A DNA stretch of 10,473 nt from a bacterium (GCA_043801585.1 JAZDLX010000019.1:1-10473); one strand, 5' to 3'; shown: positions 1 to 7,845, counted from the first letter of the stretch. Numbers and translations are program-made. The notes: a model not told the origin generated them from the letters alone.

Positions 1-461
1 TCCGCGGGAACGAACACGGTAAAATTCGGCAGTGCCCTGAGCAGTGCGATGTCCTCGAGCATCTGGTGTGTCGCACCGTCAGGTCCCACGCTGATGCCGC
101 TGTGGCCTCCGCCGATCTTGACGTTGCAGGGAGTGTAGCCGACCGTCACGCGAAGCTGGTCGAAGGCTCGTCCGACGCCGAAAGCCGAATAGGTCGTGTA
201 ATAGGGCACCTTGCCGAAACGGCTCATGCCCGCCGCGACGTTCACCATGTTCTGCTCGCTGATCCCCATCTGGAAGGTTCGCTCGGGAAACTCGGCGAGG
301 AACATGTCCACGTTCAGCGAACGGATGTTGTCGGAGACCAGGACGACAACGTTGTCGTGCGTTTTACCGACGTCGACAAGCCCGGCTCCCCACCCCTCAC
401 GGGTCGTACGGCGGGTGAATTCACGGGCGGGATGTGCATTCGTTTTCAGCGGCCTGCTCAT
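1..461 (-). CDS. tkt: Transketolase C-terminal (pyrimidine-binding) subunit, partial; runs off the left edge
   Basis: Not in the ORF track; translated by hand from ATG at 461, which overlaps the upstream stop as ATGA. Reads MSRPLKTNAHPAREFTRRTTREGWGAGLVDVGKTHDNVVVL...FPERTFQMGISEQNMVNVAAGMS...RAFDQLR...HSGISVGPDGATHQMLEDIALLRALPNFTVFVPA. GIxEQNM and GxDGxTHQxxED are transketolase pyrimidine-binding domain motifs. Confidence 0.93.
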   Translation of the reverse strand, partial: MSRPLKTNAHPAREFTRRTTREGWGAGLVDVGKTHDNVVVLVSDNIRSLNVDMFLAEFPERTFQMGISEQNMVNVAAGMSRFGKVPYYTTYSAFGVGRAFDQLRVTVGYTPCNVKIGGGHSGISVGPDGATHQMLEDIALLRALPNFTVFVPA

Positions 462-1378
462 GACGGAGATCCGTTTTCCCCGAGACGTGACAGCCAGTTA
501 TCGTAAGTCGTCCCCAGTCCACGTAGCGCCTGCTCCGCCTGCTCGACGGTTGGCGGGCGGCCGTGCCAGCGGTGATCCCCCTCGATCTCCGGCCACCCCT
601 TGCCCATCACCGTTCTCGCGAGGATCACGGTGGGTTTGCCCTTTGCGCCACGGGCCTTCTCGAAAGCGCCAAGAATGGACGCCATGTCATGCCCGTCGAT
701 GTCGACGACGTCCCACCCGAAAGCCCGATACTTGTCGGCGAGCGGCTCGACGTTCATCACTTCCGCTGTCGCTCCGTCGATCTGCAGGCCGTTGACGTCA
801 ACGATGCCGCAGAGGTTGTCGAGGCGGTAATGGGCGGCGCACATCGCCGCCTCCCAGATCGCCCCCTCCTGCTGTTCGCCGTCGCCCATGCAGCACCAGA
901 CCCTGCGCGGGTGGTCGTCCATTTTCGCCGCCAGGGCGACTCCGACGGCGACACTCAGCCCCTGCCCCAGCGACCCCGCCGACACCTCGAGGCCGGGTGT
1001 GTCTTGAGCGCTTGGGTGTCCCTGGAGAGCACCCGCAAAAGACCGGAAACCGAGCAGCATGTTCAGGGAAAAATAGCCCCGTTCCGCCATCACACTGTAG
1101 ATCACCGGACTGACATGAGCGTTGGAAACGTTCCAGAAATCGCGGTCGGGCCAATCGGGATGGACAGGATCGACGTCGACTTCATGAAAAAGCAGCGCGG
1201 TCAGAAAATCCGTCACCGAGAGCGACCCGCCGGTGTGTCCGCTGCCCGCATGAGCGAGCATCGTCAGGATGTCCCGGCGGACATCCCGTGCGACCTCAAC
1301 CAGTTTGTCGGGAGACCAGCCGAGACGGCCGGCAGAAGTGCGTTCGAGGTGTTGTGGGGTGATTCTTGTGACGCTCAC
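458..1378 (-). CDS. tkt: Transketolase N-terminal (TPP-binding) subunit
   Basis: Motifs AGSGHTGGSLS, WPDRD, LQGHP, GSLGQGLS, TPP motif GDGEQQEG...DVNGLQIDG, and ARTVMGKG...WHG. GTG at 1378 is preferred as start (GAGGA just upstream); the ORF track starts at TTG 1393. Confidence 0.95.
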   Translation of the reverse strand: MSVTRITPQHLERTSAGRLGWSPDKLVEVARDVRRDILTMLAHAGSGHTGGSLSVTDFLTALLFHEVDVDPVHPDWPDRDFWNVSNAHVSPVIYSVMAERGYFSLNMLLGFRSFAGALQGHPSAQDTPGLEVSAGSLGQGLSVAVGVALAAKMDDHPRRVWCCMGDGEQQEGAIWEAAMCAAHYRLDNLCGIVDVNGLQIDGATAEVMNVEPLADKYRAFGWDVVDIDGHDMASILGAFEKARGAKGKPTVILARTVMGKGWPEIEGDHRWHGRPPTVEQAEQALRGLGTTYDNWLSRLGENGSPS

Positions 1379-1389
1379 GGTTTCCTCGA

Positions 1390-2088
1390 TCAAACTGCGA
1401 GAGCGGCTTCGATTGCTTTTCGCAGCGTGGCGATGTTCGCCGCAACATCTCCTTGGAACACAGCGGTTCCCGCGACAAGTTCGGTAGCTCCGGCGCGGAC
1501 CAGATCTCCCGCATTCTCAGGGCTTACGCCGCCGTCCACCTGAATCGATGCCTTCGACCAGGTGGAACCAAGCAGCCGTCTGACACGTCTGATTTTGTCG
1601 AGCGACTGGGGAATGAACAACTGACCGCCCCATCCGGGATTGACGGACATGATCAGCACACGGTCCAACAGGGAAATCACATGCCGCAGCGTGGGTACGA
1701 TCGGAGTTGCGGGATTCAGGGCGACCCCCGCCTCCAGACCCAACTCGCGTATCCGGCTAAGGACACGGTGAAGATGTGTCTCCGTTTCAGCGTGGACGGT
1801 GATTCCGCGAACACCGGCCCTGGCGAAAGCATCGATCTGACGTTCAGCATCCACGATCATCAAATGAGCATCCACCACGGCGCCAGTGGCGTCGATGACC
1901 GCTTTGACGATGTCCGGGCCGTATGTAATCGGGGGAACGAAACTGCCATCCATGACATCCGCATGCAGCGCATGAGCGCCAGCGTCGAGAGCCTCACGGG
2001 CGTGCTCCGCCAACCGGCCGAAATCCGCCGCCAACAGGGAGGGCCGGATCTCGACAACACCACCGATCTTTCCGCTGGATTTGCTCAT
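1390..2088 (-). CDS. rpe: Ribulose-phosphate 3-epimerase
   Basis: PSLLAADF, HADVMDG, DAHLM, MSVNPGWGGQ, VDGGV and LVAGTAVF match the Rpe motifs; the metal-binding His/Asp residues are present. Confidence 0.96.
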   Translation of the reverse strand: MSKSSGKIGGVVEIRPSLLAADFGRLAEHAREALDAGAHALHADVMDGSFVPPITYGPDIVKAVIDATGAVVDAHLMIVDAERQIDAFARAGVRGITVHAETETHLHRVLSRIRELGLEAGVALNPATPIVPTLRHVISLLDRVLIMSVNPGWGGQLFIPQSLDKIRRVRRLLGSTWSKASIQVDGGVSPENAGDLVRAGATELVAGTAVFQGDVAANIATLRKAIEAALAV

Positions 2089-2123
2089 CTTCGAGTCACC
2101 CCCTGTATCCGGTCCCGACCCGC

Positions 2124-2879
2124 CTACCGGCTGTTCACCGTCAGGTTGACCGTATCACCCACCGCCACCGCCGTTCCCGCAACGGGTAACTGGATCATCA
2201 CCGCTCCCTGGCGGCGGCCTGTGTACCGGTCACGTTCCACCTCCCCAACTACGAGTCCCGCTTTCAGAATCAGGTATTTTGCCTGCTCCTCCGGCAGGTT
2301 GAGGACATTTGGGACGACATAGCGATCCGGCGGGGTGCCAAGGCTGACAGTGACTGTTGCCTTTGACAGTTTTTCGACCACGGTGTCCTGGGGCGGTTGC
2401 TGCGCGATCACCAGTCCTTCAAAGGTCGTGTCGCTGAAGGCGTAAGCGATGCTGTCCACTTTCAAACCCAAACCCTGAAGCTTGAACACCGCATCGTCAC
2501 GGGGCAGCCCGATGACGAGCGGGACCACAGCCGTCGCAGTGCCTGCCGAAACGGCCAGGTGAATACGGCGGCCCCGTTTCGTCCACCCGCCAGGAGCGGG
2601 GAACTGGTCAAGAATCATGCCGGGGGGCTGCGAAGCGTCAAACCGCTGATCATCCACGACGAGTTTGAAACCGCGGCGGCCGAACTCCTGCCGAGCCTTC
2701 GAGATCATCATTCCACGCACGTCCGGCACACGGATTTCCGTTCCCTGACGTGTGTAAATCGGCATCACCACGAAATTTATCACCGCGGCGATGGCGCCCC
2801 ACACGATAAGAACGCCGAGAAGCCGCCACCCCCATGTGATCAGGCTGCCAAATGGGTCTTTCACTCCACCTTTGTCCAT
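2124..2879 (-). CDS. Membrane-anchored PASTA-domain protein (about 3 PASTA repeats, no kinase domain)
   Basis: N-terminal hydrophobic helix (WRLLGVLIVWGAIAAVINFVVMP) followed by three repeats starting VPDVRG / VPLVIG / VPNVLN, with G-x-[IV]-x-x-Q-x-P motifs and ending LAVS / VTVS / LTVN. Alternative start GTG 2864 would give a GTGA overlap with the rsmB stop. Confidence 0.88.
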   Translation of the reverse strand: MDKGGVKDPFGSLITWGWRLLGVLIVWGAIAAVINFVVMPIYTRQGTEIRVPDVRGMMISKARQEFGRRGFKLVVDDQRFDASQPPGMILDQFPAPGGWTKRGRRIHLAVSAGTATAVVPLVIGLPRDDAVFKLQGLGLKVDSIAYAFSDTTFEGLVIAQQPPQDTVVEKLSKATVTVSLGTPPDRYVVPNVLNLPEEQAKYLILKAGLVVGEVERDRYTGRRQGAVMIQLPVAGTAVAVGDTVNLTVNSR

Positions 2880-4180
2880 CGTATCGAGTAGCTCCCATCG
2901 ATGCCGTCACGCGGCGGCCAGGTCATCACCTCGCCCGCTCCCACGATCCAGTCTGGCTGTATCCCGTCGGTCACTTCACCACGGATGAAACGTCCCTCGA
3001 ATGTTCGATCAAACTCCGCCGCCCGCCTTTGGTTCTCTTCCGGTTCAAGGCTGCACGTACTGTATACCAACACTCCACCGGGTTTGACAAACTCCGCCGC
3101 ACGCTCCAGCAGATTCGACTGGAGCAGGGTCATCTGTACCAGGTCCGCGGGCGATCGGCGAGCCGTCAGATCCGCCCGGCGATGGGCCACTCCGGTGCCG
3201 CTACAAGGTACATCAATCAGCACTCGGTCGCCCGGAGGAATCTCCAGGTCCAGGACGTCCGCCGTAACAACCTTGACCGCGCCATGCCCCAAACGCTTCA
3301 ACCCCTCCCGAATCCGTTCAGAGCGCCGCTCGTCACGGTCCACACTGACCAGCGTTCCCTGCCCACCCATCCGCTCCCAGATCAGAGCCGTCTTGCCTCC
3401 CGGCGCTCCACACAGGTCGAGCACCCGCTCCCCGGGCTGTGGGTCGAGCAGCATCACCGGGATGCTGGCGCCTGGATCCTGCACCGTGGTCCGTCCATCC
3501 TGAAAGGAAGGCAGTGTCGGCGGCCGGACGTTGCGCGCATAGGCGAAACCGGGACAAATCGAAAGATGCTGAGGATCGACGCCTTCTGAACGGAGCAGAT
3601 TCAGCCATTCTTCATCGGAAGCCGTCTTCAGAAGGTTTCGCCGAAGCCCCACCGGGGGATGAACGGCGTAAAATCGGATAAGCTCGTCCGCTTTTTCCCC
3701 GGTCCATTGAGCGGACCATTTGACACGCCATTCAGTATAGGATTCTTCTGCACTTAGAGTTGACGATTTAGCTTTTGACCCCTCACGGACGGCACGGCGA
3801 AGAACCGCATTGACCAGTCCCGCGCCTCCCTTTCCACGCAGCTCCTTGGCATGCTCAACAGCCTCATCGACAGCGGCGTGTGCAGGGACGCGATCCAGGA
3901 AACGGATCTGGTAGAGTCCGACGCGCAGGATCGCCAGCAGCGATTCTTCCACGTTGCGCACACCGCTGGTCAGGTAACCGTCGAGTTCCTGGTCCAGTGC
4001 ACGGAGATTCCGAACGACACCGTAGGTCATTTCAGTCAACAGCGCACGGTCGCGTTCATCCCAACTTTGCTGTTTTTTAAGGAATTCATCACGGAGGAGG
4101 TCAATCGTGCCTTCTTTGCGCTCCCAGCGACGGAGGATCGTTGCCGCCGCCCGTCGCGGAGTGGTATCGGCGCCGCTCAT
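2861..4180 (-). CDS. rsmB: 16S rRNA (cytosine967-C5)-methyltransferase RsmB/Sun with N-terminal NusB-like domain
   Basis: NusB-like part: DRALLTEMTYGVVR, ILRVGLYQI, HAAVDEAV, LVNAVLR. Methyltransferase part: VQD, LDLCGAPGGKT, DVPCSGTG, LVYSTCSLEPEEN (both catalytic Cys motifs present). Adjacent to fmt. Confidence 0.95.
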   Translation of the reverse strand: MSGADTTPRRAAATILRRWERKEGTIDLLRDEFLKKQQSWDERDRALLTEMTYGVVRNLRALDQELDGYLTSGVRNVEESLLAILRVGLYQIRFLDRVPAHAAVDEAVEHAKELRGKGGAGLVNAVLRRAVREGSKAKSSTLSAEESYTEWRVKWSAQWTGEKADELIRFYAVHPPVGLRRNLLKTASDEEWLNLLRSEGVDPQHLSICPGFAYARNVRPPTLPSFQDGRTTVQDPGASIPVMLLDPQPGERVLDLCGAPGGKTALIWERMGGQGTLVSVDRDERRSERIREGLKRLGHGAVKVVTADVLDLEIPPGDRVLIDVPCSGTGVAHRRADLTARRSPADLVQMTLLQSNLLERAAEFVKPGGVLVYSTCSLEPEENQRRAAEFDRTFEGRFIRGEVTDGIQPDWIVGAGEVMTWPPRDGIDGSYSIRWTKVE

Positions 4181-5118
4181 CGTTGACCCAGGCAGGTTCC
4201 CGGCGAAAGATCGTAACCACGCAGAAATTCGGAGACGGGCATCCGCCGTTTCCCTTCGAGTTGAACCTTAAGGAATCGAACCGCTCCTTCCCCGCAGGCG
4301 ACCTTGAGATAATCCTGGTCCTTGATTATCCGAATCACCTCTCCGGCACTGGCCCCCTCGTTGCTGAATTCATCGCGAGATTCAAATAATTTTAGAGACT
4401 TGCCGTCAGGAAGATAGGTATATGCCCCCGGCCATGGAGTAACCCCCCGAATCCGGTTATGAACCGCTCGTGCCGTCTGGTTCCAGTCGATGAAGCCGTC
4501 CTCCTTGGTCAGTTTAGGTGCGCGGGAAACCTCCGATTCGTTCTGGGCAAGCGGTGTCAGGGTTCCGGCTTCCAGTCCGGCCAGCGCTTCAAGAACCATC
4601 TCCCCTCCGAGCGGCGCGAGACGCTCGGCGAGTTGTCCGGCGTTCTCGTCGGGGTCCACAGTGACCCGCGCCTGGAGCACAACACCGCCAGCGTCCACCG
4701 TTTCCGTGATCCGGATGATCGAAACGCCGGTTTCCGTCTCGCCGTTGATCAGGGCCCACTGGATCGGGGCAGGTCCACGGTATTTGGGAAGCAGACTCGG
4801 GTGGATGTTGAGAGTGCCAAGGCGTGGAGCGTCAAAAATCTCAGGCGGCAGGATGCGGTAGGCAACCACCACCGCAGCGTCCATCCCGAGGGATTGAAAT
4901 TCCTGGATGAACCGTGGATCGCGGGGTCCGGGTGGGGTCATCACCGGAATGCCCGCGGCGACCGCGCGTTCCTTGACGGGTGTGGGGCGAAGTTTTCTGC
5001 CTCTTCCGGCAGGTTTGTCGGGTCCGGTAACAACAACAGCCACTTGGTGTGCAGAGGCGATCAACACCTCAAGCACGGGAACGGCAAACGGATCGGTACC
5101 GAGGAAGGCGATGCGCAC
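4177..5118 (-). CDS. fmt: Methionyl-tRNA formyltransferase
   Basis: MRIAFLGTDPFA, PDKPAGRG, VVVAY, NIHPSLLPKYRGPAPIQWA, ETGVS, APKLTKEDG, IRGVTPWPGA, QLEGKRRM. GTG start 2 nt after the def stop. Confidence 0.97.
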   Translation of the reverse strand: MRIAFLGTDPFAVPVLEVLIASAHQVAVVVTGPDKPAGRGRKLRPTPVKERAVAAGIPVMTPPGPRDPRFIQEFQSLGMDAAVVVAYRILPPEIFDAPRLGTLNIHPSLLPKYRGPAPIQWALINGETETGVSIIRITETVDAGGVVLQARVTVDPDENAGQLAERLAPLGGEMVLEALAGLEAGTLTPLAQNESEVSRAPKLTKEDGFIDWNQTARAVHNRIRGVTPWPGAYTYLPDGKSLKLFESRDEFSNEGASAGEVIRIIKDQDYLKVACGEGAVRFLKVQLEGKRRMPVSEFLRGYDLSPGTCLGQR

Positions 5119-5120
5119 GC

Positions 5121-5663
5121 TTAGGCCCTCTTGGAATTGGCCATTTCGCTGCTTTCTTTTTCCAACTCCTTCAAACGTGCACGAAGCATACTGCGTTTCA
5201 ACGCGGGGATGTGGTCCACGATCAGCACCCCGTCGAGGTGGTCTATCTCATGCTGCACCACCCTTGCGAGCAGGCCGTCCGCTTCAAGCGTCAGCTCGTT
5301 TCCATCGAGATCCTGGTACTGCACGACCACGCGAACCGGACGCTCCACCTCTTCGTTGATCCCGGGGAGTGAAAGGCATCCCTCTTCCATAACCACCTTC
5401 TCGTCACTCTCCTCGACAGTTTCCGGATTGGCGAACACAAAGATTCGCCGTGGGTCATCTTCTTTTTCACCGGGAATGCCGATGACCAGAAAACGTTCCA
5501 GAATGCCCACTTGCGGGGCGGCGAGACCAATCCCGTCTTCACGGATCATCGTCTCGACCATGTCCCGCGCCAGATCCTCCAACGGCTTGCCGAAGGTCGT
5601 CACCTCGTCGGCCTGGAGACGAAGGACCGGATCACCATAGACTCGTATCTTCAATAAAGACAT
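5121..5663 (-). CDS. def: Peptide deformylase
   Basis: Motifs GIGLAAPQVG, EGCLS and QHEIDHLDG. Start placed at ATG 5663 (MSLLKIRVYGDPVLR); the ORF-track start at 5732 overlaps yajC. Confidence 0.97.
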   Translation of the reverse strand: MSLLKIRVYGDPVLRLQADEVTTFGKPLEDLARDMVETMIREDGIGLAAPQVGILERFLVIGIPGEKEDDPRRIFVFANPETVEESDEKVVMEEGCLSLPGINEEVERPVRVVVQYQDLDGNELTLEADGLLARVVQHEIDHLDGVLIVDHIPALKRSMLRARLKELEKESSEMANSKRA

Positions 5664-5703
5664 CTCGTTTTGCTTCCGTAATGGGCGAGGCGTTGTCGTT
5701 GTA

Positions 5704-6033
5704 TTATGCTGAAATAGTGCGGCTGACCGCACTGCGGTCGATAATGACCTTGGTGTTGTCGGAGATTTTGATGATCAACGCATTGTCCTTTTCGCGGATC
5801 CCGGCGATGGTCCCATGGATTCCACCGATGGTGACAATCTCATCGCCCTGCTTCAACTCATGGATCATCTTCTGCTGCTCTTTCTGCTTTTTCGCCTGGG
5901 GGCGAATCATCAGGAAATAGAGCACGAGGAAAATGAGGATGAAGGGCAGGAATCCAAGCAGTCCGCCGCCCTGGGCGCTCTTCTGGGCGCCAGCCTGAAT
6001 CAGCGCCATCAGTGGTGTTGCAAGAATCATCAT
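5704..6033 (-). CDS. yajC: Preprotein translocase subunit YajC
   Basis: One TM helix (FLPFILIFLVLYFLMIRPQ), then KKQKEQQKM...LKQGDEIVTIGGIHGTI, the YajC signature. Confidence 0.96.
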   Translation of the reverse strand: MMILATPLMALIQAGAQKSAQGGGLLGFLPFILIFLVLYFLMIRPQAKKQKEQQKMIHELKQGDEIVTIGGIHGTIAGIREKDNALIIKISDNTKVIIDRSAVSRTISA

Positions 6034-6080
6034 CTGGTTCTATGCCCCCATCATGGTTTGGGTTGTTCCGTTTGAACCGG

Positions 6081-6089
6081 AATATAACA
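6081..6089 (-). promoter_or_regulatory. Candidate extended -10 promoter element for the yajC-def-fmt operon
   Basis: Minus strand reads TG-T-TATATT about 48 nt upstream of the yajC ATG. No convincing -35 element. Confidence 0.35.
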
Positions 6090-6491
6090 AAGATGCCCTG
6101 CCCGTGCGCTTTACCATGCACCTATGTGGGGATGGGGCGAGCCTCAAAAGATCCTATTGTTTCCCAATGAAATCAATCCTTTCCCAACGATCAGCGAGAA
6201 GCATTGCGCTACCCTCACTTCCACCTGAAAGTACAGGGAATGCACATATAAACCATATCTGAGCCGTTTTCAGGCCGATTTTGTGAAAAAATTCCATTGG
6301 TTCACCTCTCCTCACAATTCCTCGTTCTCGCCGTGTCACCTCTCCCCTCCCGCAGCTAACATCACAATACTTCGAATGTTGCCAGATACCCGCCACCTTG
6401 TGATAGAAAATTCATGACAAGCATTAGGTTTTCCTAAAAATAGCATCCTCCGAGTGGGTTGCGCCGCGCATACGTTGAATGTACTTTCCCT

Positions 6492-6631
6492 CACCCGCAC
6501 TGCGGCTCTTCCCTTGTGAAAACCGTCATCACGGTCTTCACACGGCGGGTGCGTGGTGATGTATCGACCGGTGGCAGGTGCTTCTTTAGGCCGACGGCCG
6601 AGGATCAGGCGGCAGGGAAACGGGTGTGCGG
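6492..6631 (+). promoter_or_regulatory. Structured leader or palindromic operator upstream of the oxidoreductase operon
   Basis: Hairpin TGTGAAAACCGT-CATC-ACGGTCTTCACA (6515-6542, 11/12 pairs), enclosed by CACCCGC (6492-6498) / GCGGGTG (6545-6551). Alternative long-range pairs: CCGCAC/GTGCGG (6495/6626) and TTCCCT/AGGGAA (6509/6614). Confidence 0.4.
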
Positions 6632-6663
6632 ATTCCCTCCGTGATTCACCTGGAGACATGCAC

Positions 6664-7452
6664 GTGAGTGCTACGGTTCGGTCCATCTTTGACGGTGACG
6701 CCGCCATCACCCTCTTTACCGGCAACTATGGCTCGGGAAAGACGGAGGTGTCGGTGAACGTGGCCACCTCTCTCGCCCGCTCCGGCAGTTCTCACATCAC
6801 CGTCGCCGACCTCGATCTGGTCAACCCCTACTTTCGCTGCCGTGAAGCCCGTGAACCGATGGAGTCACTGGGCATCCGTGTCGTCGCCCCCAGCGGCGAT
6901 TACCACAACGCCGACCTTCCCATCCTGATGCCGGAGGTGCGGGGCGCGGTCGAGCGTCCTCAGGGTCCGACGATCCTCGATGTGGGCGGCGATAATGTTG
7001 GCTCCACAGTGCTTGCCGGGCTTGCACCCCTGCTGAGAACCCGTCCCCACCGGATGGCGTTTGTGCTTAACCAGAGCCGTCCGTTCACCGGAACGGTCGA
7101 GGGTGCGATGCAGATCATGAACGAAATCGAATCCGCCAGCAGGCTGAAGATTACGCACATCGCCGGCAACACCCATATGATGGAAGAGACAAACCGCGAA
7201 ATGATCGTTGCCGGTGCGGCGTTCTGCAATGAAGTTGCCCGCTTGCGTGGCATCGAGTTGTTGTTCGTCACAATGGCGGAATCGCTGCTGGACGTCACCC
7301 CCAAGCCGGGCGCCCTGCTGACCGTTAAGGGGATCGACGCACCGGTGCTGCCGCTGAAACGGATCATGCTGCCGCCGTGGCTGGGTGGACCCGCGCCCGG
7401 CTCGATGGCGACACACTCGCGAGATGGTTTCGCGAGGATTACGGAAAGCTGA
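6664..7452 (+). CDS. Uncharacterised P-loop NTPase (SIMIBI; CobQ/MinD/ParA-like nucleotide-binding domain) of the type found upstream of 2-oxoacid:ferredoxin oxidoreductase genes
   Basis: Walker A GNYGSGKTE, then DLDLVNPYFR, ADLP, ILDVGGD, VLNQSRPFT, NTHM. GTG 6664 (GGAG at 6652-6655) or ATG 6658 is more plausible than the ORF-track start at 6553. Confidence 0.85.
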   Translation: MSATVRSIFDGDAAITLFTGNYGSGKTEVSVNVATSLARSGSSHITVADLDLVNPYFRCREAREPMESLGIRVVAPSGDYHNADLPILMPEVRGAVERPQGPTILDVGGDNVGSTVLAGLAPLLRTRPHRMAFVLNQSRPFTGTVEGAMQIMNEIESASRLKITHIAGNTHMMEETNREMIVAGAAFCNEVARLRGIELLFVTMAESLLDVTPKPGALLTVKGIDAPVLPLKRIMLPPWLGGPAPGSMATHSRDGFARITES

Positions 7453-7458
7453 GGAAGA

Positions 7459-7617
7459 AACAGGATTCACAGGATAGTCAGGATCACGACCTGACGGAGC
7501 GAAAAGGGCTGGATGACTGAAAGGTAACAGGATAGACAGGATAGTCAGGATTACTACCTGACGGAACGAAAAAGGCTGGATGACGAATGGTTACAAAATG
7601 GACAGGAGGGTCAGGAT
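7459..7617 (+). repeat. Left arms of CAGGAT 9-bp-period triplets, amplified as a 67/66-bp higher-order tandem repeat (about 2.4 copies)
   Basis: CAGGAT at 7461/7470/7479 and 7528/7537/7546; degenerate CAAAAT/CAGGAG/CAGGAT at 7594/7603/7612. The intervening segments 7485-7525 and 7552-7591 differ by 5 substitutions and 1 indel. Confidence 0.9.
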
Positions 7618-7638
7618 GACTGATGATGCGATTCAATA

Positions 7639-7713
7639 GTCATCCTGAACGAAGTGAAGGATCCATGAGTTGATGATTTCTTAGTTGCGTCAGGTCATTA
7701 GCGAAGCGGATCC
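7639..7713 (+). repeat. REP-like palindromic element (GTCATCCTGAACGAAGTGAAGGATCC) with a degenerate second copy
   Basis: 7639-7664 contains an internal ATCCT...AGGAT stem. 7694-7713 (GTCATTAGCGAAGCGGATCC) is a shortened version. Resembles the GTCATCCTGAGCGAAGCGAAGGATCT type of intergenic repeat (from memory, unverified). Confidence 0.6.
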
Positions 7714-7763
7714 CTGGCACGGAAGAGTCCATAAATCAAAATTCGATCTGTTTTGAATGTCTT

Positions 7764-7799
7764 AATCCTGTGTATCTGTGAAATCATGTGCATCCTGTT
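7764..7799 (-). repeat. Inverted right arm: ATCCTG units at 9-bp period
   Basis: ATCCTG 7765, ATCTGT 7774, ATCATG 7783, ATCCTG 7792. Ends ATCCTGTT, the reverse complement of the AACAGGAT that begins the left arms. Confidence 0.8.
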
Positions 7800-7845
7800 C
7801 AAGCTGTTCAAGGATGTTCGACCATTCAAGCGATTGGGAGAGACG

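Noticed and set aside
375..400. Possible frameshift in the G-runs of the transketolase C-terminal gene
   Set aside because: Careful reading gives GAG GGG TGG GGA GCC, so the frame is intact. The gene is missing from the ORF track only because it runs off the window.
1158..1170. GGATGGACAGGAT inside transketolase, identical to part of the arm at 8089-8101
   Set aside because: It encodes DPVHP in the conserved DPxxPxWxDRD region and has only one full core; most likely coincidence.
66..5920. Long plus-strand ORFs (e.g. 563-1543, 1453-2322, 2852-3589, 4459-5124)
   Set aside because: They are antisense shadows of well-supported GC-rich minus-strand genes and carry no recognisable motifs.
6281..6420. 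Rex- or CRP-like operators (TTGTGAAAAAATTCCATT at 6281; TTGTGAT...ATGACAA at 6398-6420) and sigma70 promoter candidates
   Set aside because: The half-sites have too many mismatches or the wrong spacing to call.
6053..6725. Small ORFs in the divergent intergenic region
   Set aside because: They overlap each other and lack convincing SD sequences or family motifs.
7459..7617. CRISPR array (about 26-bp repeat plus about 40-bp spacer, 66-67-bp period)
   Set aside because: The spacers are near-copies of each other, the repeats are internally periodic and degenerate, only three occur, and no cas genes are in the window.
7753..7845. Cys-containing N-terminal extension of the ferredoxin
   Set aside because: It is read-through of the inverted repeat arm; the SD and family start point to ATG 7846.
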